A stretch of 64,000 nucleotides of DNA from the NCBI GenBank assembly GCA_048939245.1, contig JBHLPR010000001.1, positions 82,622-146,621 of the forward strand, written 5' to 3'. The notes under the pieces were generated by a model. That model saw only the letters and a program-made list of their open reading frames with translations. It was not told the DNA's origin and did not search any database. Positions 53,959-63,872 of the stretch are shown piece by piece. Source of the DNA: Promethearchaeota archaeon (GTDB lineage Archaea > Asgardarchaeota > Hermodarchaeia > Hermodarchaeales > Hermodarchaeaceae). Within the stretch, counting starts at the first letter, position 1, and every line of letters starts with the position of its first letter. A program made the translations under genes and the position numbers.

Positions 53959-55332
53959 ATGACCCGAAATATTGTCGTAATCGGATGTGGAACAGCTGGC
54001 GCTGCTACCACGTTGATGGCACGAAAAACCAGTCGTGATGCCACTATCACTGTTATTCAAAATGAACCTATTCCTGAATATAGTCGCTGTGGGCTTCCAT
54101 ACACCATTAATCGTGCTATTCCAAATATCGAGGATGTTATCATCCATCCAACTTCTTTCTACACGGGGAAATTAGTACGCGCTGATTTACGGTTGAATAC
54201 CGAAGCCACAAAGATTGACCCGAAAAAGAAAGCGGTGACCCTTAAAGATGGCGATGGAAACCTGGAACCCCTCTCCTATGATGCCTTAGTTCTCACCACA
54301 GGCGCCCGACCGAGCAGTCCACCAATAGACGGTTTGGATGCTTCACATGTATATCGCCTTCACACCCTCGAGGATGCGAAAAATCTCCAATCGGTTGCCA
54401 AAAAAGGGAAGAGAGCTGCCATTATTGGCGCAGGGCTTGTAGGGTTGGAAACTGCTGAATCCCTTCACTCCCTTGGCTTGAAAATCACCATTATAGAATT
54501 CCTACCCCAGGTACTTCCTGCGATGATCGATGAAGAAATGGGGACACTTGTTCAGGAAAAAATGGACGCTGTTGGCATCACTGTCAAACTCAGTACTATG
54601 GCAAAGAAAATCAGTAAATCCCATGTTCTTGTTACGGATCGGGAAACTAAAACCGAGGAAGAAATTGCAGCTGATTTGGTCGTGGTAGCCACAGGAGTTC
54701 GTGCAAACACTGACCTCGCTAAAACCGCCGAAATTCAACTGGGAGAAAGAGGTGGCATCCTGATCGATAATCGCATGCAAACTAATGTGCCTAATATTTA
54801 TGCGGCAGGAGACTGTGCTGAACACACGGATTTAGTAACTGGCCAGACCATCGTATCCGGACTGGGAAGTGTTGCACTCCGACAAGGAGAAGTCGCTGGA
54901 ATCAACGCAGCGGGGGGAAGTGCTGAATTATCTGGCGTTCTTCTTGCTCGAACCACACATCTATTCGGGCTAGAAATTGCTGCGGTCGGACCCACTCGTG
55001 TTGCTGCAGAAAAAGCAGAACTACCAATTCTTTCTGGGAAATTCAAAGGAAGTCGAACAGCTGAATATTATCCCAGTGAAGAAGATGTAACTGTGAAGCT
55101 TATCGCTGACAAAAATACTGGTCGGTTCCTTGGGGGTCAGGTAGTTGGTCCTTGTGCCCATCAACGTGCCAATGTCTTCAGCACAGCCTTGTCAGCTAGC
55201 ATGACAATCCGTGAAGTTGCAGATCTTGAAACCTGTTATGCTCCACCTGTGGCTCCAATCCGTGAACCATTCGCTATGGCTGCACAAATTCTTGCCCTCC
55301 GCTATGAACGAATACAACAAAAACGTAGCTGA
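53959..55332 (+). CDS. NADH oxidase / CoA-disulfide reductase family flavoprotein
   Basis: The FAD-binding motif is IVVIGCGTAGAATT. The redox Cys context is EYSRCGLPY (Nox/CoADR SxxxCGLPY). The NAD-binding motif is AAIIGAGLVGLE, and AAGDCA is also present. Confidence 0.85.
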   Translation: MTRNIVVIGCGTAGAATTLMARKTSRDATITVIQNEPIPEYSRCGLPYTINRAIPNIEDVIIHPTSFYTGKLVRADLRLNTEATKIDPKKKAVTLKDGDGNLEPLSYDALVLTTGARPSSPPIDGLDASHVYRLHTLEDAKNLQSVAKKGKRAAIIGAGLVGLETAESLHSLGLKITIIEFLPQVLPAMIDEEMGTLVQEKMDAVGITVKLSTMAKKISKSHVLVTDRETKTEEEIAADLVVVATGVRANTDLAKTAEIQLGERGGILIDNRMQTNVPNIYAAGDCAEHTDLVTGQTIVSGLGSVALRQGEVAGINAAGGSAELSGVLLARTTHLFGLEIAAVGPTRVAAEKAELPILSGKFKGSRTAEYYPSEEDVTVKLIADKNTGRFLGGQVVGPCAHQRANVFSTALSASMTIREVADLETCYAPPVAPIREPFAMAAQILALRYERIQQKRS

Positions 55333-55358
55333 ATTCCTCTGCACAACTAACTGCGGGT

Positions 55359-56639
55359 TTACCTGACTTGAAGGTAATGTACTGAACATGAGATGCAGGG
55401 GTCATAGGCTCGGATGAGCATATTCAATTGTAGCTCCGTTTCCTCATGAGATTTGCCTTGCAGTTGTCGAATCAGAGCGTGTACATCAGCTTCGATGTTG
55501 CTATAATTCATTGCTGTCGGGGTGATGACGTTTGCAGCAGTTACTTTGCCTTTTTCATCGATAGAGTAATCGTGGATGAGTAATCCTCGGGGTGCTTCCA
55601 CCGCCGCGGCACCTGAACCATTCCTAACTTTGTAATCGATTGTTCCCGCTTTCAAATTTTTATCTGCTAACTCCTCAATAATCACGATGGCTTGCTCAAC
55701 GTAATGAAGGTATTCGATTGCCTGACTGACATTGTTGTGGAAACTGTCATAACTGGGAATCTTGAAGCCAACCTGATGCATCATAGTCTTCGCCTCATCG
55801 AGGAGTTGATTGGATGCAACATTCAGACGTGGAAGGGCACCAACAAAATAGGGCGTTCCCTCAATTTCGCTGAATTTCGCATGGGCATAGGGGACATTTC
55901 GTTCTTTGATAAGGGAAGGATAGTCGTCTTCAGGAATCTCCAAGCCTGTATCTGTGGTTAGGGCACCATCATGAAGGGGAAATTCAGCGAGATTTTTGAG
56001 CGCGAGGTATTGGCTTTGCCGAATGAGTTGAGGTTCAGAGAAAGAGGCGAGCAACTCAATTTGGTCCTTAGCGTCAGCGATTGCACCTTTGAGACTTTGA
56101 CGCATGGATTTAAGTTGCGTCTTGCTAGGCACATGTGTGAATCCCCCGATGACTGCACAGAGGGCATGCGTATGTCGCCCTCCAATTAACCCCATCAAAT
56201 CGTTGCCCAATTTTTTCAGTCTTAACGCTCGACTAACTTCCTCTTGATATTTGGGAAGAAGCTCAATGACATTTCGAGCACCTAAGTAATCTGGGAGTGC
56301 TAAGAAGTTAATATGGAGCGCATGACTTTCTAGCATGTCACCTATCAGCATAAGTTTTCGAAGGGCAATGGTTTCTTCTGAAGGTTCGATCTGCATGGCG
56401 GCTTCAACACCTCGAAGGGCTGCCACTGCATGTGACTGGCTGCAAATCCCGCAGATTCGTGACATGATATGAGACACCTCATCGTAAGTGTGACCTCGAA
56501 GAAAGGACTCAAAGAGCCGAGTGCCTTCGGTTATCTGCATTTCTACACGAGGTTTTTTGCCTTTTTTCACTTCAACAAGGAGGTTTCCATGACCCTCTAC
56601 ACGGGCAATGTGCTTAACATCAAAGGTTACTTTAGCCAT
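55359..56639 (-). CDS. hydA: [NiFe]-hydrogenase large (alpha) subunit, group 3b-like
   Basis: The protein contains ARVEGHG, the N-terminal Ni-binding motif RICGICSQSHAVAA, and the C-terminal DPCISCSVH followed by a 5-aa extension. The 426-aa length fits. Confidence 0.9.
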   Translation of the reverse strand: MAKVTFDVKHIARVEGHGNLLVEVKKGKKPRVEMQITEGTRLFESFLRGHTYDEVSHIMSRICGICSQSHAVAALRGVEAAMQIEPSEETIALRKLMLIGDMLESHALHINFLALPDYLGARNVIELLPKYQEEVSRALRLKKLGNDLMGLIGGRHTHALCAVIGGFTHVPSKTQLKSMRQSLKGAIADAKDQIELLASFSEPQLIRQSQYLALKNLAEFPLHDGALTTDTGLEIPEDDYPSLIKERNVPYAHAKFSEIEGTPYFVGALPRLNVASNQLLDEAKTMMHQVGFKIPSYDSFHNNVSQAIEYLHYVEQAIVIIEELADKNLKAGTIDYKVRNGSGAAAVEAPRGLLIHDYSIDEKGKVTAANVITPTAMNYSNIEADVHALIRQLQGKSHEETELQLNMLIRAYDPCISCSVHYLQVR

Positions 56640-57433
56640 TCAATATTCAACCTCTTTCGGAGCTCTTTTACAAAATCTTCAGAAGCCGCATTAAACATTC
56701 GGAATTTATGAACGATTGTGTCAAAGCTTGCACCCTTAGCAGAAAACATTTCAATTTCTGAATCGACGTTTGCCTGGGGAACAGGACCCCAACACCCTTC
56801 ACAGGGGAAGCCCACACTCGGACACAGAGCTCCACAGCCAGCACGGGTAATTGGTCCTAAACAAAGTTTGCCTTGTTTCATCAGGCAAGCATTTTCCTTC
56901 AAGCGACATTCAACGCAAACAGCATAGTTCTTCTTTAGCGGTTCTCCTCCACTGAGCAAGGCAATGACCATCTCAATGAATTCCTCACCATTAATCGGAC
57001 AGCCCTGCAATTCGTAATCAACTTTCACATATTCTTTAAGGGGCAAAACGTTAGGCAAAGTCTTCACATGGGATGCATCAGTATAGACATTTTGTTTGAG
57101 CTCCTCAATATTACGACCATTTCGCATGGCATTAACCCCGCCTGTAGTCGCACAGGCTCCCATGGCAATCAGAATTTTTGTTTTCTCACGGAGTTCTTTT
57201 AATTTCTTAAGCTCATCCTCATTAGTTACAGATCCTTCGATGAAGCAAATGTCATAGGGTCCAGGATGGGTTGCTGAACTGCCCATACGAAACTGGACCA
57301 GGTTAATGGCTCCTAGAATATCCAACAACTGTTCTTCTTGGTTAAGGATTTCCAGCTGACAACCAGCACAACAAGTGAAACCAAAAAAGGCAACGACAGG
57401 TTTCTTTTCATTTTCTGCCATTCTGTTTTTCAC
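56627..57433 (-). CDS. hydD: [NiFe]-hydrogenase small (delta) subunit
   Basis: VAFFGFTCCAGCQLEIL provides the proximal-cluster Cys, and additional Cys clusters lie in the C-terminal half. It overlaps hydA by 13 bp. Confidence 0.85.
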   Translation of the reverse strand: MKNRMAENEKKPVVAFFGFTCCAGCQLEILNQEEQLLDILGAINLVQFRMGSSATHPGPYDICFIEGSVTNEDELKKLKELREKTKILIAMGACATTGGVNAMRNGRNIEELKQNVYTDASHVKTLPNVLPLKEYVKVDYELQGCPINGEEFIEMVIALLSGGEPLKKNYAVCVECRLKENACLMKQGKLCLGPITRAGCGALCPSVGFPCEGCWGPVPQANVDSEIEMFSAKGASFDTIVHKFRMFNAASEDFVKELRKRLNIEWLK

Positions 57434-57443
57434 CTAGCGTATA

Positions 57444-58301
57444 TCAGACTGCACCTCGCAGATTCTTGGCTTCATCATAGCGAAAGACCGGGCCATCTTG
57501 ACACACAAATTTCGTGCCGACGATACAATGACTACAATGCCCTACTCCACATTTCATTCGCCGTTCTAAAGACAGGTAAATTTGGTCATCAGAAAAATGA
57601 TGGTTATGAAGGTCTCGAATCACAAATCGGTACATAATAGGTGGACCACAGATAAGCGCAATTGTATTCTTAGCAGACACCGTCAATCGATCAAAGAGAG
57701 TCGTTACAACACCAATATTCCCTGCCCAACAGTGTTCGTCATCGCGATCAACAGTAGCTACGTATTCTACATCTCGACGATTTCCCCACAGATATAGGTC
57801 ATCTTTGTAAAGGAGTTCTTCAGGACACCTGGCTCCATACATAATCTGTAATTTTGCATACTTGTTGCGGTTCTCTAGCACCTCAAGAATCGCAGGACGT
57901 AAGGGGACAAGTCCTATTCCCCCTGCAATCAGAAGCACGTTCTTCTCTAGTAATTCATCCATGGGCCAACCAACTCCATAAGGGCCACGTAACCCAACGT
58001 GTGATCCCACCGGGAGTTGATTGAGCGCATTTGTAAGGTGACCTACATTTCGAATAGTTAATTGTAAGGTGTCAGTTTTACTTGGACATGAGCACACACC
58101 AAAGGGCGCTTCACCAAATCCGAAAACCGACAAGAGCATAAATTGCCCTGCAGTGAATTTGAACTCTCGTTGTTGTTGGGCATCAACATATTTGAACGTG
58201 TATAATTTTGTATCAGGGGTTTGTTCCTCTGTATGAATTAATTCTGCCAAATTATGTTGATAGGGATTTTCTGAGGTTTTAGCAGAGGTTGGAATAGGCA
58301 A
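57444..58301 (-). CDS. hydG: Sulfhydrogenase gamma-like subunit (FAD/NAD(P)-binding, 2Fe-2S)
   Basis: The ferredoxin-reductase-like fold is indicated by RLYTFK-type FAD motifs and LLIAGGIGLVPL. The C-terminal Cys motif is CGVGHCSHCIVG...C. Confidence 0.85.
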   Translation of the reverse strand: MPIPTSAKTSENPYQHNLAELIHTEEQTPDTKLYTFKYVDAQQQREFKFTAGQFMLLSVFGFGEAPFGVCSCPSKTDTLQLTIRNVGHLTNALNQLPVGSHVGLRGPYGVGWPMDELLEKNVLLIAGGIGLVPLRPAILEVLENRNKYAKLQIMYGARCPEELLYKDDLYLWGNRRDVEYVATVDRDDEHCWAGNIGVVTTLFDRLTVSAKNTIALICGPPIMYRFVIRDLHNHHFSDDQIYLSLERRMKCGVGHCSHCIVGTKFVCQDGPVFRYDEAKNLRGAV

Positions 58302-58303
58302 AT

Positions 58304-59395
58304 CTAATTTCCTCCTTTTTGAATATCAGTTAATAGTTCAACCATATCGATGTCAGCCGGACACGCGCGAGTACATCGTCCACACCCTACGCATCCAATC
58401 TGGTTGATTTGTTCTGGTTCCGCTCGGAATTTATGATAAATCCTGAACCGAACCCGGGAAGGCATGGTTGGTCGAAAGTTATGTCCACCTGCCACTAAAG
58501 CAAAATCTACCAACTGACAGGAATCCCAGGTACGAATTCGTGCGCCTTCCTTGAGATTGAGGTCCACTTCATCATGAACATCAAAACAAAAACAGGTGGG
58601 GCACACCATTGTGCAAGATCCACAACCAAAACAGCGTCGCCCATACCGATTCCACATTTCAGCTTCATAGCTGGCATCTAATTGGGTTGGGAGTTTGCTG
58701 AAATCTCGAATTGGACTGAGAAACTTGCTTTCTCGTTCCTTTAAGGATTTAGCGACTTGGTTTACTTGTCTTGACTTAGCCTTGGCGAAATCTTCCTTCG
58801 CGTAGTCGATAATTTTCTGTCCTATTTCAGTGAGTACTTGGAAATAATAGGAATCCTGCATTGGAGTAACCATTATATCAGCACAATCTGTGGCCCCTAG
58901 CGTTCCTGCGGACATACAGAATGAGTCTTCGCAGGGTGTCATACAATGTATGCCAATAATGATTCCTTCCTCTCGCCGTTTCGATCGATAGGGATCAGCA
59001 TAGATTTGGGTCAAAATTGCATCATGAAAATTAATTGCAGCTAGATCGCAGGAATGAACTCCAAAAACGAGGAACTGCTTACCATTCCAGTCAGGTTGAT
59101 CAGCCTTCTCAGATAAGGTATCATAAATTTCGAGTTTTGGGCTTCGGGTAAAGGTGAGAGTTTTCTGTCTCGGAGGAAAGAAATACTTCTTAGGGGGGAG
59201 AATTGTTGTATCATAATCTAAACGCAGTTCTTCTTCGTCAATTATTTTATCGAATTTATATTGCGACTGAGATGCAATGGGTCCATATACAGTGAGAACT
59301 TGGATGAGTCTCTTCACAAAGACGGGAAGCTCTGATTTCTTTAGAATATAGCTAGACCGTTTAGAGGACTTGGACATGGTTCTCACCTTATTCAT
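58304..59395 (-). CDS. hydB: Sulfhydrogenase beta-like subunit (AsrA-like, 4Fe-4S)
   Basis: The Fe-S cluster motifs are CFGCGSCTMVCPTCFC and CVGCGRCTRACP. The gene order beta-gamma-delta-alpha and the subunit sizes (363/285/268/426 aa) mirror Pyrococcus furiosus hydBGDA. Confidence 0.85.
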   Translation of the reverse strand: MNKVRTMSKSSKRSSYILKKSELPVFVKRLIQVLTVYGPIASQSQYKFDKIIDEEELRLDYDTTILPPKKYFFPPRQKTLTFTRSPKLEIYDTLSEKADQPDWNGKQFLVFGVHSCDLAAINFHDAILTQIYADPYRSKRREEGIIIGIHCMTPCEDSFCMSAGTLGATDCADIMVTPMQDSYYFQVLTEIGQKIIDYAKEDFAKAKSRQVNQVAKSLKERESKFLSPIRDFSKLPTQLDASYEAEMWNRYGRRCFGCGSCTMVCPTCFCFDVHDEVDLNLKEGARIRTWDSCQLVDFALVAGGHNFRPTMPSRVRFRIYHKFRAEPEQINQIGCVGCGRCTRACPADIDMVELLTDIQKGGN

Positions 59396-59613
59396 GGAAA
59401 TTTAGTGTTTGTGCGCTACTTCGGTTACGATTCTGAGAGGTTAAAATGTCTAATGGTAGTTCAACATGCCTGCTTTTTTTTGCCTTTTGAACAGACTACG
59501 AAGAGCCAACATGGCTTTATAAGCAAATATTTGAGCGATAAAGAAATAATTAGGAGTAACCTAAGAGAGAAGGAGTGGTGAAGGTTACATTCGCCTAATA
59601 TCGGGGTTATTCA

Positions 59614-61497
59614 ATGGAGGTCAACAAACAGCAGGAATCTCAATCAGAAAAGCAACCTTCTGTTGCTGAATTATTACAGATCTCGTCACCTGCAGTTAGC
59701 CTATATTTCGAATTAGCTGCAGAACCAATTTCCTACCCAAAATCTGAGATTCAAGAAAATCACGGACTATCCACAAAAAAAACAGAGCAACTACTCAATG
59801 AACTTCAGACTTGTGGTCTCGTCCGACGGAATCCAGATGAAACCTACGAAGCCGTTGCTCCTATTGAAGCGGTGATGATCGCTCTTACACGGATACGCGA
59901 TCTCCTACACCAACTCCGAAACAACTTTCCCGAACGAATTGAAACTGGTATTCCTGGTATCAGTGCAAGTGTGAAAAAGGATGTTGAAACGCTCCCATAC
60001 CAATTAGAAGCTTTTCGAACCAATATCGATAAAGCACTGGATGCGGCTTTTGAAGGCTTTCGAGGAAAGGCTCATACTCTGAAAGCTTCACCCACTTTTA
60101 ATGCCTTTACAGGTGATCTTCAAGATCAACTTCTAGCGATAGTTGATGAACGAATGATGGAAACCCGCAACCAACTAAATGCTTTCGAATCCATTGAATC
60201 GTTCATCAACGTACTCAACAAACTGAAAAATGATGTCTTTGACATCGTTAATATCTCATTATCTGACATGCGAGAACAATCCTTCCGTCTCCACGAGTTG
60301 GATGAGTTCCGCGAAACCCTAATTGAACTCTGGAATGTCACCCCCTCAGTTGTTGAAGAGCATCTCGCAGAATTTGAACAGGAAATGAGTACTTTGGAAG
60401 CCTCACTTGGGGATTTGATGGAAACCAAATATCGATTAGGTGCTTTCAAAGGGGTCATTGAAAATTTTGCCCAGGATCATATTGTGACTGCAGTAAAGAG
60501 CTTGAAAGTGAATTTCCAAGTATCTTTAACCGAAGCAATTCAGGACCATTTACAAGAAGCCCAAGAACGCTTCGAAGAAGTGGCTAAAGCTGCCAATCAA
60601 GAGTTTGATAAATTACGAGAGCAGCTCGCTGAATGGGTGAAGAATGCCTTGGATTTAGCTTTCAATGAAGTAATTCAACGACACCAAAAGGCTTCGACCG
60701 AATTGGCCGATCGTCTTGCAGAACTTACTCACAAGTTTCAGGAGAAATTTTCTGTGGGACTTGCTAATTCCTTGAAAAAGGTTCAACTCCAAGCTCGTGA
60801 ACTCGATACACAACTTGCCCAGATTCCTGATATTCTCGACCAACTACGTGTCCAAGAATTTACTCCCCACTTGGATCAACTCGTAGCTCAAAGTGAACGG
60901 CATTTGACCAAAATTACCCATGACATTCCGAAATCTTTTGTTGAGTGGCGCACAGGTTACATCTTGGACACAAATCGCCAAATTGATTCTGTTTTTAAGG
61001 AAGCGGAAGGTCAAGTCACCTTAGCTACTCAAAGTGTCAACCAATTCTGGCGCCGTTCAAAAGAAACGGAACCTTCCACCTTTGACCTCTACCAATTTGT
61101 AATCGGCGAAAAAGCCTTCCAGTCGCAAATGGCCAGCCAGATAGCCCGCGCCCGTAGTCGCCTTTTCATTATTCTACCTCGAGCAACCCGGTTGAAAATC
61201 AAGCTTCTGAAACTGATTCCAAGTGACGTTCGGGTTCGAATAGTCGTCGCGGATACACCTGCATCGAAAGCAGTTGAAAGTATCCTACGTATCGCGAAAA
61301 AGAATTCCAATTTCCAAGTGCGTCATGATCCTCGAGGCGATATTTGGGGAGTCATCCATGACTCAGAAGAAATCCTGCTGGGAAACTCATCTAAGGGTAC
61401 AGCAAACATTGTCGGTATAACTTCAAGTCACGAAGACCATGTAGAACTATTTCGGTCAATCATGGAGACGCGCTGGTTGCACGCCCATAACCTCTAA
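59614..61497 (+). CDS. TrmB-like regulator homologue with ~350-aa coiled-coil insertion (627 aa)
   Basis: The N-terminal wHTH pattern is SEIQENHGLSTKKTEQLLNELQTCGLVRR..YEAVAPIEAV. The C-terminal block LFIILPRATRL...VRIVVAD...WGVIHDSEEILLGNS resembles the TrmB C-terminal domain. The middle is heptad-rich. Confidence 0.5.
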   Translation: MEVNKQQESQSEKQPSVAELLQISSPAVSLYFELAAEPISYPKSEIQENHGLSTKKTEQLLNELQTCGLVRRNPDETYEAVAPIEAVMIALTRIRDLLHQLRNNFPERIETGIPGISASVKKDVETLPYQLEAFRTNIDKALDAAFEGFRGKAHTLKASPTFNAFTGDLQDQLLAIVDERMMETRNQLNAFESIESFINVLNKLKNDVFDIVNISLSDMREQSFRLHELDEFRETLIELWNVTPSVVEEHLAEFEQEMSTLEASLGDLMETKYRLGAFKGVIENFAQDHIVTAVKSLKVNFQVSLTEAIQDHLQEAQERFEEVAKAANQEFDKLREQLAEWVKNALDLAFNEVIQRHQKASTELADRLAELTHKFQEKFSVGLANSLKKVQLQARELDTQLAQIPDILDQLRVQEFTPHLDQLVAQSERHLTKITHDIPKSFVEWRTGYILDTNRQIDSVFKEAEGQVTLATQSVNQFWRRSKETEPSTFDLYQFVIGEKAFQSQMASQIARARSRLFIILPRATRLKIKLLKLIPSDVRVRIVVADTPASKAVESILRIAKKNSNFQVRHDPRGDIWGVIHDSEEILLGNSSKGTANIVGITSSHEDHVELFRSIMETRWLHAHNL

Positions 61498-61597
61498 TCG
61501 AAGTAGGATGGCGTAACCGACGAGCTTTTAATTAGAAGAGAATACGAATTGCCTTAGCTGCCAACAGTCTAACGATTTTAAAATCGGTGACAAGTTA

Positions 61598-62995
61598 ATG
61601 ACGGTTCGGAATATAATCGCGGAAATCGACAACCAATTTGATATTACACTCCGCCAGCTTCAAAATTTTCTCCGGCAACCCAGCATTAGTGGTACAGGTG
61701 CCGGTATCAACCGAACAGCCTATCAAGTCTACAAAAAATTACTAGACTTGGCATTTGATACAAAAATTATACCCACCTCAAGTAACCCAATCGTATTTGG
61801 AAAGAATTACTCAGCAGGAAAGAAAGCACCGACGATGCTAATTCATACCTCAATTGACGTGATGACAACCAAAGGAGAAGCTTGGTGGTCGGTTCCCCCT
61901 TTCGCTGCTGAAATCAAAGACCAAGCCCGTTTCGGACCTAGTCTAATTGCCAGAGGCGCTTATACACAAAAAGCTACTTTAATGGCCCTTCTCGAAACAC
62001 TAACCGTTATCCAAGATGTTGGCGACAAATTGCCTGTAAATCTACTCCTTGTAGTAGACAGCGAGGAAGAAAGTGGGAGTCCCAGTCTCGGGAAATTTGT
62101 GAAGGACAATCAAAAAGAATTGAATAAAGCAGACGCGGTTTATTATCCGTTCTTCGCCACTGATAGGCGAGGAATAGCCCGCTTATTTTTGGGAACAAAA
62201 GGGGTTATTTTTCTACGCCTACACTGCCAGGGGCCTTCAACACGGGATCTTCACTCAGCTGAGGTAGGATGGATTCGCAATCCTGCACATATTCTAGCAA
62301 AAACACTAGCAAGTCTTGTCGATATTCATGGACGCCCTTTAATCCCTGGGTTGCTCGATGATGTTCGTACGCCTTCAGAAGATGATGAAAGGCTTATTGC
62401 ACACCTAGCTGAATCATTTGACCCTGGTATCGCCGCCCTTCAATTAGATGTCCGAAATCTCAGCATTGAAGCCGATTCAATGGAAGACCTCCTAAGAAGG
62501 TTCCTTTTTCACCCTACTGTCAATATTTCTGGCATCCAGACAGGATATGTGGGTGAATCATTTAAAACCATTCTACCCCGAGAGGCTTCCGCTCACATCG
62601 ATATCCGCCTCACACCAGATGAAGATCCAAACAAAGTATTACAAGTCGTCAAAGATCATATCGCAAGTCTTGGTCTAGCAAAACTTGTTGACATCGAGCT
62701 TGGATACACGATGAACTGGGCAAAAACCTCAGATAACACACCTATTGTCAAGGCTTTAATGAAATCCTACTATGAAGCAGGCGTTGATAATGTTGAAGTC
62801 TGGCCAATGTTTCCAGCCAGTGTACCACTTTATGTATACGCTGATCCACCATTAATGAAACCCTTCGTTATCGGTGGCTTAGGACATGGAGGGCATGCCC
62901 ATGGCCGCGACGAATATGTTGTAGTTGAAGGTATTCGCCATTTCCAAAAAGGCTTCACTCATTTTCTTCACGAATTCAGTCAAATACAAAGGTGA
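61598..62995 (+). CDS. M20-family metallopeptidase (dipeptidase/ArgE/DapE-like)
   Basis: The block IHTSIDVM...W..PPF is present. The metal-binding acidic block is VVDSEEESGSPSL. The C-terminal HGGHAHGRDEY and the 465-aa length also fit. Confidence 0.8.
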   Translation: MTVRNIIAEIDNQFDITLRQLQNFLRQPSISGTGAGINRTAYQVYKKLLDLAFDTKIIPTSSNPIVFGKNYSAGKKAPTMLIHTSIDVMTTKGEAWWSVPPFAAEIKDQARFGPSLIARGAYTQKATLMALLETLTVIQDVGDKLPVNLLLVVDSEEESGSPSLGKFVKDNQKELNKADAVYYPFFATDRRGIARLFLGTKGVIFLRLHCQGPSTRDLHSAEVGWIRNPAHILAKTLASLVDIHGRPLIPGLLDDVRTPSEDDERLIAHLAESFDPGIAALQLDVRNLSIEADSMEDLLRRFLFHPTVNISGIQTGYVGESFKTILPREASAHIDIRLTPDEDPNKVLQVVKDHIASLGLAKLVDIELGYTMNWAKTSDNTPIVKALMKSYYEAGVDNVEVWPMFPASVPLYVYADPPLMKPFVIGGLGHGGHAHGRDEYVVVEGIRHFQKGFTHFLHEFSQIQR

Positions 62996-63012
62996 TTCAG
63001 CGGCGAGAAAGA

Positions 63013-63828
63013 ATGACGCTTCGAGTCGAACTCCTAATTATTGGTAACGAAATCCTTTCAGGACACACACTAGATACTAATTCCCAATGGCTTGCACAGC
63101 GTCTTCTCGAGCTTGATCTCCCTGTGCGTCAAATCGTTGTTATTGAAGATCGCGTCGAACTTATCGTGAAAGCCATCAAGGCAAGTTTTGAACGTAAAAC
63201 TACACTTCTAATTACTACTGGAGGACTCGGTCCAACCTTCGACGATGTCACTGCTGAAGGGCTAGCCCATTCTATCAACGCACCTCTAAAACTCCACACT
63301 CGTGCCCTCCAAATGGTGAAAAAACGATACCAAGAACTCAAAGCTCAAAAACTAGTCGAATCAAGTGAGATTACCCCTGCTCGCGAGAAGATGGCGCGGC
63401 TTCCCTCCGGCGCTGAACCTCTCTCCAATAGTGTTGGGACCGCACCAGGTATTCATCTCCAAGTAAAGAATTCCCATATATATTGTCTACCCGGTGTTCC
63501 TCAAGAATTGTATGCCATATTCATGGAAGGCGTTGCGCCACAACTTGCTTCATTCGCTGAGAAAGTAGTTGTTCATGACCTCATACATGTACCCATCCTT
63601 GATGAATCAGTTCTCGCTCCCCTGATCGATAGCCTTATGCAAGACACACAAGGGGTCTATTTGAAATCACTCCCAAGACCCTACCAAAGTAGGCAACCTC
63701 TTCGCGTGGCAATCACAGCCACAAAATCAACAAGAGCCCAAGCAGAACAACTCCTTTCACGAACAATTGACAAACTCAAAAAAATTTCCTATGCGCACCG
63801 GCAACTCGAGCCAAAGCTAGACGAATAA
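63013..63828 (+). CDS. CinA N-terminal / MoaB-Mog-like molybdopterin-binding-fold protein
   Basis: VELLIIGNEILSGHTLDTNSQWLAQRL ... LITTGGLGPTFDDVT ... LPGVPQE is the COG1058 (CinA-N) pattern. I placed the start at the ATG at 63013; the track ORF opens at GTG 62992 and overlaps the M20 gene. Confidence 0.75.
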   Translation: MTLRVELLIIGNEILSGHTLDTNSQWLAQRLLELDLPVRQIVVIEDRVELIVKAIKASFERKTTLLITTGGLGPTFDDVTAEGLAHSINAPLKLHTRALQMVKKRYQELKAQKLVESSEITPAREKMARLPSGAEPLSNSVGTAPGIHLQVKNSHIYCLPGVPQELYAIFMEGVAPQLASFAEKVVVHDLIHVPILDESVLAPLIDSLMQDTQGVYLKSLPRPYQSRQPLRVAITATKSTRAQAEQLLSRTIDKLKKISYAHRQLEPKLDE

Positions 63829-63872
63829 AAAAATATCAACAGACCTTGGATAGGGATTAACAGAAAACGAGT

